NCBI GenBank assembly: GCA_965207345.1
Contig: OZ242280.1
Span: forward strand, 760,316-824,315
Origin: Gammaproteobacteria bacterium
GTDB taxonomy: Bacteria > Pseudomonadota > Gammaproteobacteria > PS1 > Pseudothioglobaceae
Length of the DNA stretch: 64,000 bases
Direction: 5' to 3'
Positions 10,056 to 19,778 of this stretch are shown here, piece by piece (positions within the stretch are counted from its first letter, which is position 1; every line of letters begins with the position of its first letter). The notes under the pieces are model-generated. The model did no database searches, was not told where the DNA came from, and worked only from the letters and a program-made list of their open reading frames with translations. Made by a program: the position numbers and the translations under genes.

Positions 10056-10858
10056 TTCACCTGATAATGACGAATCACTTTTTTTAAAAAAATAAAGCGC
10101 TTGAAATGTTGTTTAGAAATATTGCTACTTACTCTAGCTAAATCATACATACTTTGTTTAATAAAATGAACTTTATCCGCTTTGCTAATTGTATCATCTA
10201 GTAAATTAAGCGGCATCGGCGTGAATAAATTAATCTCAATAATTTTAAAAACACCGTGTACTAAGTCTTCTATACCATTTGCCTTAACCCCCACTCTTGC
10301 TAGAAGAAAATCAGGTAATTCTTGTAAATGTCCTTTAATTGCTAAAATATCTACTTTGCTTAATAAATGCGTGCAATCATGATAGTTTGTATGCTTATTG
10401 TGTATAGTGTTGATAGGGTGGGGTTCAGAGCAATTAACCGCCTCAGTGATAGTAAGTGTTACATAATCTTTTTTGTCACTTGCATTGCGTATGTAGAATA
10501 TTTCAAACTCTTTTTTTTCTGTGGCAATTTCTTGAACAATAAATGCTCTTTTCTTATGCTGATTAAGGTGTGTGCAAATCGCGTTAAATTCTGTTAGAGA
10601 GCGCACTAATTTAATGCCGTTACCATTTTGCCCCCACTCTGGTTTTAAGAAAACAGGGTAAATATTCGGTGGCTTATTTTTTTTTAAATAATATTGGGAG
10701 AGTCTCCACTTATTTGGAATTACTCTATTAATATCAATTTTAGAATAAATCCATTTTTCAGTATTAAAGTATTTGGCGTTGAGTTGGAAATACCACCAAG
10801 GAGGAATTTTCAGTTTTATCGTCCAAATAATATAATAAAAAATAAGTTTTGCAACCAT
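10052..10858 (-). CDS. Second, divergent ATP-grasp-like protein
   Basis: 268 aa. YPVFLKPEWGQNGNGI, FIVQE and KIIEINLF resemble the three ATP-grasp nucleotide-binding segments. There is a 4-nt overlap with the next gene. Confidence 0.45.
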   Translation of the reverse strand: MVAKLIFYYIIWTIKLKIPPWWYFQLNAKYFNTEKWIYSKIDINRVIPNKWRLSQYYLKKNKPPNIYPVFLKPEWGQNGNGIKLVRSLTEFNAICTHLNQHKKRAFIVQEIATEKKEFEIFYIRNASDKKDYVTLTITEAVNCSEPHPINTIHNKHTNYHDCTHLLSKVDILAIKGHLQELPDFLLARVGVKANGIEDLVHGVFKIIEINLFTPMPLNLLDDTISKADKVHFIKQSMYDLARVSSNISKQHFKRFIFLKKVIRHYQVK

Positions 10859-10947
10859 TATTAAAAAATTGAACTAGAAAAATAAAAAAATGATGATGAG
10901 TAAAAAATAATTTTGGGTGAAAATATTAATTTTTTAGGCGATAAATT

Positions 10948-11403
10948 TCAAGTTTTTTTATTCAGAAAAGCAACAATAAGCCCTAAAATTAAAATAGATA
11001 AAGCAGCATTTGCTAGTCCCTTATCCATTTGCATAATACCATTTTCTTCCCAAGTTGGTATCCAGCCAAGCGGAGTAAAAAGATGAAAAAACACTGCGCC
11101 CGCCATAATTACAGATGCTAGTAGTGCCCCTATGCAATGCAGTTTTTCTCTATGTGCCATAAAAATAATAGGAGAAAGCAAAATGAGCGAGGCAGCAAGT
11201 TCAGCACTACCAATTAAATATTGACCAAAATTTGCAAATAAACTGCCGATGGTTTGCCCGAGTGTATCATGCATCCAATCGCCAATCGTGCTAAAAATAT
11301 GCTGAGGCTCTTTCGCATCAGTAAACTTGTAAAACAAAGACCCTAGAAATATATAAGATGTCCACAATGCAAATAGCCAGCTAATTATTGCTTTTATTTT
11401 CAT
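10948..11403 (-). CDS. DoxX-like small integral membrane protein
   Basis: 151 aa with four predicted TM helices. The family assignment rests on overall architecture only. Confidence 0.4.
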   Translation of the reverse strand: MKIKAIISWLFALWTSYIFLGSLFYKFTDAKEPQHIFSTIGDWMHDTLGQTIGSLFANFGQYLIGSAELAASLILLSPIIFMAHREKLHCIGALLASVIMAGAVFFHLFTPLGWIPTWEENGIMQMDKGLANAALSILILGLIVAFLNKKT

Positions 11404-11458
11404 TTCATCCTCCTTGTTTAATGAATTAGGCAGGATTATTATAAACTAATTGGCACTC

Positions 11459-12532
11459 TTAAACAGTATTTTCAAGACGCGTGCGCGCTTTACCTGAATT
11501 AAGCACCATGCGCACCATCTCTGCTGCATCTGGTAAATTATCTGTGCGCTTTGTGTGGTATAAAATCAAACTTGCTCCGTATACTAAGCCATCATAAAAT
11601 ATACCTTTTTCTCCTGCAAGCGCTTCTTTACCAAGAACAATAGCATGTTTGGCTAGTGCATTAATATTGTTTGCAACATATTTTTTTTCTGGCAAAGGAA
11701 TGGCACGTAAATCTCTATGGATGCCAAGTTTTTTAGGGTCAACTTCTATGCGTGCCCGCTCATTCTCTTTATCGTAAGAAATCATAAGCCCTACTTGACG
11801 AAGGGATGGAATAACACCACCTTCAACCCCGCGCACAAGCAGGGCGCTATCTAAACCAGAAGCACTGGCTAATTCAGCATAGATTGGCGGATAAGGTTTG
11901 TGCACATAACCCAAAATAATATGCGTATTTTTAGCACGAATGGGGGCAATGAGCGTTTCTACCGTGTTTATTACTGTGCGCTTAATTATCTTATTTCTAA
12001 GCGGAAGCAGTTGATTTAGTTTCGTACAATAGTACGCTTGGTCCAAATAAGCCCAAGCAATTTTTTTATTTTCTATTTGAGATTTTGCACCAAAACTAGA
12101 TTTATCAACATCAATATCTAAATTTTTATAAATATGTTTGTGTGTTAAGCCAAACTTTGGTGTGATAGAGTCTAAACCGTGAATTATAGTCGGTAGCCCC
12201 AATTCAGCGAGCAATGGCGGTAAAAATGGAGAAATAGGAATACTGCGATTATAACCATTGTAAGGATCACCAATATCAATCAGAATATCAACATCAGCAA
12301 TTTGCCTATCCGATTCTGATAAAATTGCAGCGAGAATGCCCTTATTTTCTTCCATTGTCTCACGTTTCATTCTAAGAGCGATGAGAAAAATAGCCGCTTG
12401 CACTGGATCAATCTCACCTCTTATAATGCTTTGCATTGCTAGTTTTGCTTCTTCAAAATCAATGTTTTTACTTAGCTCAGGCCCAGTAGCAATGCGCCCA
12501 ATAATAGATTTTAATAATAACTGTGCTTCCAT
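11459..12532 (-). CDS. Anthranilate phosphoribosyltransferase-like (glycosyltransferase family 3) protein, non-canonical
   Basis: 357 aa. The N-terminal helical bundle resembles TrpD (EEAKLAMQSIIRGEIDPVQAAIFLIALRMKRET), but the canonical GTGGD PRPP loop is replaced by DIGDPYNGYNRS. Confidence 0.55.
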   Translation of the reverse strand: MEAQLLLKSIIGRIATGPELSKNIDFEEAKLAMQSIIRGEIDPVQAAIFLIALRMKRETMEENKGILAAILSESDRQIADVDILIDIGDPYNGYNRSIPISPFLPPLLAELGLPTIIHGLDSITPKFGLTHKHIYKNLDIDVDKSSFGAKSQIENKKIAWAYLDQAYYCTKLNQLLPLRNKIIKRTVINTVETLIAPIRAKNTHIILGYVHKPYPPIYAELASASGLDSALLVRGVEGGVIPSLRQVGLMISYDKENERARIEVDPKKLGIHRDLRAIPLPEKKYVANNINALAKHAIVLGKEALAGEKGIFYDGLVYGASLILYHTKRTDNLPDAAEMVRMVLNSGKARTRLENTV

Positions 12533-12552
12533 TGTTTAATCAGATATAATTT

Positions 12553-12864
12553 TTAATTTTTTAATGTTGTTAGATAGATAAAAATTTTCCCAGCATGCGC
12601 TTTAACTGCATAAGTATTTAATTTTTCCACCATTTTTTCATCACTTTCACCAGTCGTTAAATTAAAACTAAAACCGTGTAAAGAACATTGAATACGCCCA
12701 TTTTTTAAACAACCCAGTGTAAGTTTAGCTTCTTCGTGCGGACATCTATTATCAGCACAAAATAATTTGCCGTCAACACATGCTAAAAAAAGCGCCAAGC
12801 CACCTAAATTAAATTCCGCCATGGTATTATTTTTTAATCGTGTTATAGGTGCTTCAATCCACAT
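12553..12864 (-). CDS. Rieske [2Fe-2S] domain protein (NirD-like small ferredoxin)
   Basis: 103 aa with the CPH...C..H ligand pattern (CPHEEAKL ... CSLHGFSF). Confidence 0.8.
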   Translation of the reverse strand: MWIEAPITRLKNNTMAEFNLGGLALFLACVDGKLFCADNRCPHEEAKLTLGCLKNGRIQCSLHGFSFNLTTGESDEKMVEKLNTYAVKAHAGKIFIYLTTLKN

Positions 12865-12937
12865 TATCTCAATTTTAAATTACCAATATTTTATGTTATT
12901 TTGTAACTTATATTTTTCGTGTTATAAATTTTTTATA

Positions 12938-13573
12938 TTACCAAAATACCCAAACACTGTTATTATCAAGTTTATTCCCACAAGCATTTAATTGTTTCTT
13001 ATATTTTTGTGCCCTATAGTCAATTGATTTTGCAATTTTAACAAGCCAATCTTTTTTAAGGTGTGTTTTTCTTTGAAAACCTCTATGCCCCTCGTGGTAA
13101 GCCAGATATTGTGCATAAGCATCATTTTTTCCAATACCAAGTTTTTTATGATGATAATTGACATACCATCCAATAAAATCTGTAGCATCAGAGAAATCAT
13201 TTCTATCTGCACTAAAATTGCCTGTTTTACTTTGATACCAACGCCAAGTATCATCTTTGACTTGCGCAAACCCATAAGCTGAAGAGGAACGAAACCAAGG
13301 GATAATACCAAATAATTTTTCGCGTGCAGGTCTGGCATCACTAGCAAAACGAGATTCTTGATAAATAAATGCAAGTTGCAAAGATTTATCTACACCCCAT
13401 TTCTTCTCACTACGTTTGAGTGCCTGATACCAACGCACTTCCTCATCTAGCAATACACAAACATTTTGCACTTCAATTGGCGGGGTTGAAAAACAACCAA
13501 GTAACATCCAAACAATAAGTGCATAAATTAAGTATTTTAATGGTATTTGTTTTATATTAATATTTAATAGCAT
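12938..13573 (-). CDS. Lytic transglycosylase (SLT domain) lipoprotein
   Basis: 211 aa with a signal peptide and lipobox (WMLLGCFS). The catalytic Glu context is FIYQESRFASDARP, plus AYGFAQV. Confidence 0.7.
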   Translation of the reverse strand: MLLNINIKQIPLKYLIYALIVWMLLGCFSTPPIEVQNVCVLLDEEVRWYQALKRSEKKWGVDKSLQLAFIYQESRFASDARPAREKLFGIIPWFRSSSAYGFAQVKDDTWRWYQSKTGNFSADRNDFSDATDFIGWYVNYHHKKLGIGKNDAYAQYLAYHEGHRGFQRKTHLKKDWLVKIAKSIDYRAQKYKKQLNACGNKLDNNSVWVFW

Positions 13574-13579
13574 TTTTAA

Positions 13580-14236
13580 CTAATAACATTTTTTACTTGT
13601 CAATAAATAACTCACTTTATGCAAAAAATTCACACCTGCCTCTAGAAATTTTGTTTCATTTGCTAAATTATTTTTACATTCAAGTTCAACAATTTTAAAG
13701 CTATGAAATAATGAATATATTTCTTTGTTATTAAGTGCAAAAGGCGGGCCTGACATTTGTCTTTGAGGATAATTAAGCACAAGCAGTAATATTTGCACAC
13801 AATCTGGCAAAATATACGTTAAATATTGTGCGTATAATGCGCGTTTTTTTTTATCTAGTGCAATCAATGATGCCCTATCATAAACGCCACGCACATCTTT
13901 TAGTATTTCTTTTTCAAGTTTGAAATAATCACCCACATAAATACGAATGCGTTCACCCATATAAATAGTAAAATTTTTGGCAGTGTATTTTTGGTAATTC
14001 AAGTTATGCTCATTAAAAAAATCACCTACAGCTTTTTCGCTTAATTCCACGCCAATTACTTGGTAGCCTTTTTTTATAAGATAAAACATATCTAAACTCT
14101 TGCCACATAGTGGCACAAAAACCGTATCATCTGGTTTTAAGTTTAAACACTTTAGAAATTTGACTAAGCGCGTATTAACGCTTGTCTTATGCCAGCCAAT
14201 TAAATTGTCTTGCCAACGTTTTTGCCAATCAGTCAT
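13580..14236 (-). CDS. tpm: Thiopurine S-methyltransferase
   Basis: 218 aa. W..RW....IGWH is followed by VFVPLCGKSLDMFYL and VIGVELSEKAV, the TPMT signature layout. Confidence 0.85.
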   Translation of the reverse strand: MTDWQKRWQDNLIGWHKTSVNTRLVKFLKCLNLKPDDTVFVPLCGKSLDMFYLIKKGYQVIGVELSEKAVGDFFNEHNLNYQKYTAKNFTIYMGERIRIYVGDYFKLEKEILKDVRGVYDRASLIALDKKKRALYAQYLTYILPDCVQILLLVLNYPQRQMSGPPFALNNKEIYSLFHSFKIVELECKNNLANETKFLEAGVNFLHKVSYLLTSKKCY

Positions 14237-14328
14237 AAACGGAAAAATAATAAAAAATGGTAAAATAAGATGAGCTATATTATAGTACTTGTGTCAAATG
14301 AGGTAAGCTTTATGTGTAAAATTTAATA

Positions 14329-14826
14329 TTGATGCTTAAAAAAAATAGAAAAATTATTCTACAACTTGTTTTTTTTATTCTAGCCATTATTTTTATTCGC
14401 TCTTGGCAACAACAAGATTTAATAGCAGGCGAGGCGCCGCATTTCATGAGTTACAATCTTGAAGGGCGGACATACACACTAAATGGTGATGAGGGTAAGG
14501 CTTCACTTGTGCACTTTTGGGCAACATGGTGTTCTATTTGTGCGTTTGAAAATGATAATATCCAAAATATTGCTAAGGATTATAAAGTATTTAATATTGC
14601 CATGCAATCTGGCAGCGACAAAGAAATTATTCGCTACGCAAAAAAAAATAGCCTGGATAGGTCCAACATTATAAATGATCAGCTTGGTACTCTAGCTAAG
14701 CATTATGGCGTCAAAGCAACACCTACAAGTTTTATCATTGATAAATATGGAAATATTGCATTTACCGAAGTGGGATATACTACTGAACTAGGACTTCGTT
14801 TACGCTTATGGTGGGCTTCACTGTGA
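14329..14826 (+). CDS. TlpA/ResA-like periplasmic thiol:disulfide oxidoreductase
   Basis: 165 aa with an N-terminal TM anchor and a thioredoxin fold carrying WATWCSIC (CxxC). Confidence 0.75.
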   Translation: MMLKKNRKIILQLVFFILAIIFIRSWQQQDLIAGEAPHFMSYNLEGRTYTLNGDEGKASLVHFWATWCSICAFENDNIQNIAKDYKVFNIAMQSGSDKEIIRYAKKNSLDRSNIINDQLGTLAKHYGVKATPTSFIIDKYGNIAFTEVGYTTELGLRLRLWWASL

Positions 14827-15500
14827 GTGCTAGACGTCCAAATATTAGTGATTGGATGAATCATTTATCCGCTGAGTTTGATAAACCCTATATGCATAGG
14901 CTTAAAAAATTCTTAATTGCAGAAAAAAAACGTGGCAAATGTATTTTTCCAGAAACAAAATATTGGTTTTTAGCACTTAAGATGACAGCACTCAGTCGTG
15001 TTAAAGTCGTAATTTTAGGACAAGACCCCTACCCAACTCCTGGCCATGCACATGGACTTAGTTTTTCTGTTCCGCGTCATATACTCGCGCCTTATTCACT
15101 TAAAAATATCTTTGATGAAATTAAATCTGATTTGGGAATAGATATGTCTTATCAAGGAGATTTAAGTGCTTGGGCAAAGCAGGGCGTTTTACTTTTAAAT
15201 AGTGTGTTAACTGTAAATTCTGGTGCCAGAGGTTCACATAAAGATCAGGGTTGGGAGATATTTACTGACAAAATTATTGATGTTATAAATGAACAAAGAA
15301 CACATATTGTTTTTTTATTGTGGGGACGTTATGCTTTAGAGAAAAAAATGCGCATTAATGCAAAAAAACATTTGATATTAACTGCTGCACACCCATCTCC
15401 ACTTTCTGCTATGCGTGGTTTTTTTGGCTGCAAACATTTTTCTAAAGCTAATATTTATTTAAAAAAACATCATTTAGGCATAATTAACTGGCAATTATGA
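14808..15500 (+). CDS. ung: Uracil-DNA glycosylase
   Basis: Has GQDPYPTPGHAHGLSFSV, LLLNSVLTV and the C-terminal HPSPLSA, all family 1 UDG motifs. The true start may be Met17 at 14856. Confidence 0.9.
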   Translation: MVGFTVSARRPNISDWMNHLSAEFDKPYMHRLKKFLIAEKKRGKCIFPETKYWFLALKMTALSRVKVVILGQDPYPTPGHAHGLSFSVPRHILAPYSLKNIFDEIKSDLGIDMSYQGDLSAWAKQGVLLLNSVLTVNSGARGSHKDQGWEIFTDKIIDVINEQRTHIVFLLWGRYALEKKMRINAKKHLILTAAHPSPLSAMRGFFGCKHFSKANIYLKKHHLGIINWQL

Positions 15501-15523
15501 AGTTGAAGATGAAAATTTAATGA

Positions 15524-16663
15524 ATGCTGTTATTTTTGATAATAATGGAAAAATCACTGACACTTGTTATTGATGACGCGGTTTATGGGTATCAACAATT
15601 ATTTTCTAAATTTGGCAAAATTATCGCACTGCCAGGAAGAAAAATTGATAAAAATTGCGTAAAAAACGCTGATATACTTATTGTGCGCTCACGCACTAAA
15701 GTAGATAAAAATTTGTTGTCAGGAAGTAAAGTTTGCTTTGTAGGTAGCGCTGTTTCTGGTTTGGATCATATTGATATAAACTATTTAAAACACGCTCATA
15801 TCTGTTTTTTTTCAGCACAAGCTGCTAATGCAAATGCTGTAGCAGAATATGTTATCAGTGCTTTGGTTAATTTGGAGGCAGATTTCCAATTTAGATTAAG
15901 CGATAAATCTTTGGCTATTATAGGAGTTGGTAATGTGGGTGCGCACCTTTATACTAAAGTAAAAATGCTTGGTATCAAAATTTATTTACATGATCCGCCC
16001 AAACTAGAAAAAGAAAACTTAATAATGCAAAAAAAAATGGTGCATTTTTCTAAAGATAATCTCATCCAAGAAAGTTTTAGCAAAGAATGCTTTACCAAAG
16101 CAGAATTTGTTGATTTAAAAACTGCATTAACGGCTGATATAATTAGCATGCACACGCCACTTACCAAAATGGGGAAATACCCTAGTTTTCATTTATTGGG
16201 CGCACATAATTTTCATCATATTAACAAAAATACTATTCTTATTAATACTGCTAGAGGAGGCGTGATTGATGAGAGTGTTTGGCAAAAAACGCCAACACTT
16301 GCAAATGTAATTGATTGTTGGGAAAATGAGCCGCACATTAATCAAATACTCAGAAAGAATGCCTACCTAGCAACGCCACACATTGCTGGACACTCTGTTG
16401 ACGCAAAATTTACAGCTAGCTCTATGGTATATAAAGCATTATGTCGGTTTATGGGCGAGGTACCTAGTGAAAATTTAAAAAACCCTATTGAGACAGTGAG
16501 TATAAACATAAAAAACGTAACTACACTAAAAAATACGCTAAATAAAATTTATGATTTTAAACAAGATAGTCCTGCTCTATTAAGTGCAAAGGCGTTTGAG
16601 AATTATCGTCGCCATTATCCTAAGCGTTATGAATGGAAGCATTTTAAACATTTCAAACAGTGA
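15524..16663 (+). CDS. pdxB: Erythronate-4-phosphate dehydrogenase
   Basis: 379 aa D-2-hydroxyacid dehydrogenase with PdxB-type N-terminus ([28 protein letters not shown]), a GVGNVG NAD loop and the PdxB-specific C-terminal dimerisation domain. The start may be Met8 at 15545. Confidence 0.85.
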   Translation: MLLFLIIMEKSLTLVIDDAVYGYQQLFSKFGKIIALPGRKIDKNCVKNADILIVRSRTKVDKNLLSGSKVCFVGSAVSGLDHIDINYLKHAHICFFSAQAANANAVAEYVISALVNLEADFQFRLSDKSLAIIGVGNVGAHLYTKVKMLGIKIYLHDPPKLEKENLIMQKKMVHFSKDNLIQESFSKECFTKAEFVDLKTALTADIISMHTPLTKMGKYPSFHLLGAHNFHHINKNTILINTARGGVIDESVWQKTPTLANVIDCWENEPHINQILRKNAYLATPHIAGHSVDAKFTASSMVYKALCRFMGEVPSENLKNPIETVSINIKNVTTLKNTLNKIYDFKQDSPALLSAKAFENYRRHYPKRYEWKHFKHFKQ

Positions 16664-16682
16664 AAAAATTATTTCAGTATTT

Positions 16683-18071
16683 TTAGTATTTACATCTCCA
16701 AGTGGTGTTAGCCTGTGTATCTTCTAAAATAATGTTATGTGCAGCTAATTCATCCCGTATTGCATCGGATAGAATAAAGTTTTTACATTTTCTTGCCTGA
16801 TTGCGTTCCATTATTTTTTGATTAATTTGTTCATCTGATAGTTTGATCCCACGTTTAAAAAAATCTTTTTCATGTTGTAAAATTCCTAAATAGCCACCAA
16901 GTTTTCTAAGTAACTCAGCAAGTGATCTTGCTTGGTCTAAATCGTATAACCTAACTTGATTGAGTTTTTTTAATAAATCAAATAATATTGAAAGCGCAAC
17001 AGGGGTATTAAAATCATCATCCAAGGCGGCAATAAAATTATTTTTAAAATCATAACGTATCACTACTTCTGCCATGGCTGTGCTATCAATAAATAAGTCA
17101 CGAATACCTAGATAAAGACGTCTTAGTGTATTTTCAGCAATTATTAAATTTTCTTCGCTGTAATTAAGTGGGCTACGATAATGGCTACTGATGATAAAGT
17201 AACGCAGAGTCTCACCGCTATATTTTTTTAAAAGATTACGAATTGTTACAAAATTGCCAATCGATTTGCTCATTTTTTTCTGCTTTATATTGACAAAACC
17301 AAGGTGCATCCAATAATTTGCAAATTGCGTCTCGTGCGCACTTTGTGATTGTGCAATTTCGTTTTCATGATGCGGAAAAATTAAATCCATCCCACCGCCA
17401 TGTATATCAAAATGATGTCCTAAATAACGCATTGACATTGCTGAACATTCAATATGCCAGCCCGGACGACCTGGCCCCCAACTCGTTCTCCAACTTGGTT
17501 CATGCTCTTTAGATGCTTTCCATAATACAAAATCAAGTACATCTTTTTTATATTCATTTACATCAACACGTGCGCCAATTTTTAATTCATCCAAATTTTT
17601 AGCTGATAATTTACCATAAGACGAAAAGGCACGTGTAGAAAAATAAATATCACCATTCATTGCCTGATAGGCTAATTTTTTATCCATAAGTTTTTGGATT
17701 AAGTACAGCATATCATCAATATGATCAGTTGCTCTTGGCTCAATATCAGGTGACAAGACATCCAGTGCTCTCTCATCTTCGTGCATCGCCGAGGTAAAAC
17801 GCGCTGTCAACGTAGCAATATCCTCTTGATTTTTAATTGCTTGTTTAATGATTTTATCGTCAATATCAGTGATATTACGTACATAACAAACTTTAGTAAA
17901 ATGGCGTCTTAGATGGCGGGCAATAATATCAAACATTACCAATACGCGTGCATGACCAATGTGGCAATAATCATAAACTGTCATACCGCAAACATAAATG
18001 CCAATGCGATTTTCATCAATTGGCACAAATTCTTGTTTGTTACGAGTAAGTGTATTAAAAATTTTAAGCAT
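16683..18071 (-). CDS. cysS: Cysteine--tRNA ligase
   Basis: 462 aa class I aaRS with HIGH (CHIGHAR) and KMSKS motifs and the CysRS zinc-site context (WHIECS). Confidence 0.95.
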   Translation of the reverse strand: MLKIFNTLTRNKQEFVPIDENRIGIYVCGMTVYDYCHIGHARVLVMFDIIARHLRRHFTKVCYVRNITDIDDKIIKQAIKNQEDIATLTARFTSAMHEDERALDVLSPDIEPRATDHIDDMLYLIQKLMDKKLAYQAMNGDIYFSTRAFSSYGKLSAKNLDELKIGARVDVNEYKKDVLDFVLWKASKEHEPSWRTSWGPGRPGWHIECSAMSMRYLGHHFDIHGGGMDLIFPHHENEIAQSQSAHETQFANYWMHLGFVNIKQKKMSKSIGNFVTIRNLLKKYSGETLRYFIISSHYRSPLNYSEENLIIAENTLRRLYLGIRDLFIDSTAMAEVVIRYDFKNNFIAALDDDFNTPVALSILFDLLKKLNQVRLYDLDQARSLAELLRKLGGYLGILQHEKDFFKRGIKLSDEQINQKIMERNQARKCKNFILSDAIRDELAAHNIILEDTQANTTWRCKY

Positions 18072-18315
18072 AAGCTCAAATTATTTTTGTATTAGGTACT
18101 ACATTTATAATTTTTTACACAGGCAAATTACTGTAAAAAAATCTGTCTTTACTTAAAAGTATGTAATAAATAAAAAATGCATACTAATTTTTTGAGTCAA
18201 CCTCTCAATCTAAATAAATTAACAAAACACAGGTTATCTTAAAAAACACTTTGTAAAACTAAAAATTTCTAAGGCATAACTTTCATTGTTTCTTTATTAA
18301 ATAAAGACACAACCT

Positions 18316-18457
18316 ATGAGTATTTTAGTTATAAAAGGCACCAAGTTAAGTGTCTGGATTAGCCTATGGTGAAATCATTAATAATTTTACTTCATCTAAT
18401 CTAAAAGAAAAGAAAATTGTTTTATTTTTCTATCCGTTAGATTTTACTTTTGTTTGA
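18316..18457 (+). pseudogene. Remnant of a peroxiredoxin (AhpC/Tsa-type) N-terminus
   Basis: ATG at 18316, then after a frame change the reading ...GEIINNFTSSNLKEKKIVLFFYPLDFTFV stops (TGA 18455-18457) exactly where the conserved FTFVCPTE peroxidatic Cys motif should follow. Confidence 0.5.
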
Positions 18458-18522
18458 ACAATATTTTTTATAACTTTAGAGTAAAATAACTTCACGCATT
18501 TTTAATTGATGAGGAAAAAATA

Positions 18523-18687
18523 ATGAAAAAATGGCAGTGTACAGTATGTGATTGGGTTTATGACGAAGAAAAAGGTGCACCTGATGAGGGCATTACTCCA
18601 GGAACAAAATGGGAGCATGTTCCTGATGATTGGGTATGTCCAGATTGCGGTGCAACCAAAGATGAATTTGATATGGTGGAAATTTAG
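18523..18687 (+). CDS. Rubredoxin
   Basis: 54 aa, below the ORF-track cutoff. [54 protein letters not shown] has both CxxC pairs (CTVC, CPDC) and the conserved W/Y/F core. GAGGAAAAAATA precedes the ATG. Confidence 0.9.
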   Translation: MKKWQCTVCDWVYDEEKGAPDEGITPGTKWEHVPDDWVCPDCGATKDEFDMVEI

Positions 18688-19778
18688 TGGTAAGTATTTT
18701 AATTTTGCCGGGTGATGGTATCGGTGTTGAAATCAGCGCTCAAGCAGAAAAGGTTTTATTATGTTTAAATGAATATTTTGGGTTAAATGCTGATTTAAAT
18801 TTTGCCTTAATTGGCGGTAGTGCCTATGATAAAACAGGTAGTCCTTTACCTGATAAAACACTGAAACTTGCGCGTGATTCTAATGCAATTCTACTAGGTG
18901 CAGTCGGTGGTTATCAGTGGGAGAAACTACCAAGAGAAGTACGTCCTGAACGTGGCCTACTCAGCATTCGTTCTGAACTAAATTTATTTGCAAATTTAAG
19001 ACCTGCGTTTTTATATCCACAACTAGCAGACACATCAACCTTAAAATTTGAGATAGTATCGGGTTTAGATATAATGATTGTACGGGAGCTTATTGGCGGT
19101 ATTTATTTTGGTAAACCACGTGGTGTGCGCAGAGAAAATGGTGAACGTTTGGGCTTTAATTCTGCAACTTATTTAGAGTCTGAAATTGAGCGTATTGCTC
19201 ATAGTGCATTTCAAATTGCACAGAAACGAAACAAACATCTTTGCTCAGTTGATAAAGCAAATGTACTTGAAGTATGTGAATTATGGCGCGAAGTGGTTAG
19301 TAATACAGCAGAGGCATATCCTGATGTTGTGCTCTCTCATTTGTATATAGATAATGCTACGATGCAATTAGTGAAAAATCCCAAGCAATTTGATGTTATT
19401 TTAACTAGTAATTTATTTGGCGATGTACTTTCAGATCTCGCTGCAATGCTTACAGGATCTATCGGCATGCTGCCTTCAGCATCACTTAATGAATATGGTT
19501 TTGGACTTTATGAACCCGTCCACGGCTCAGCACCGCATATGGCAGGAAAAAACACAGCAAATCCATTAGCAATAATTTTATCCATTGCGATGATGCTTCG
19601 TTATTCTTTAAATAAGCCATTATTAGCAGAATTAGTAGAAAAAGCAATATATCAAACTCTAGATTCCAATTATCGCACAGCTGATATTGCGAGTGCATGT
19701 GATAAAATTATTACTACTTCAGAGATGGGTGATGCGGTTGTTTCATCACTTATGCAACTTAAAGAGCGGTCTATTTAA
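18687..19778 (+). CDS. leuB: 3-isopropylmalate dehydrogenase
   Basis: 363 aa with [21 protein letters not shown] and the [31 protein letters not shown] signature. The GTG start overlaps the rubredoxin TAG by 1 nt. Confidence 0.9.
   Translation: MVSILILPGDGIGVEISAQAEKVLLCLNEYFGLNADLNFALIGGSAYDKTGSPLPDKTLKLARDSNAILLGAVGGYQWEKLPREVRPERGLLSIRSELNLFANLRPAFLYPQLADTSTLKFEIVSGLDIMIVRELIGGIYFGKPRGVRRENGERLGFNSATYLESEIERIAHSAFQIAQKRNKHLCSVDKANVLEVCELWREVVSNTAEAYPDVVLSHLYIDNATMQLVKNPKQFDVILTSNLFGDVLSDLAAMLTGSIGMLPSASLNEYGFGLYEPVHGSAPHMAGKNTANPLAIILSIAMMLRYSLNKPLLAELVEKAIYQTLDSNYRTADIASACDKIITTSEMGDAVVSSLMQLKERSI

Noticed and set aside
12988-13374. 128-aa minus-strand ORF
   Set aside because: It is an alternative frame inside the SLT lipoprotein gene, which has clear catalytic motifs.
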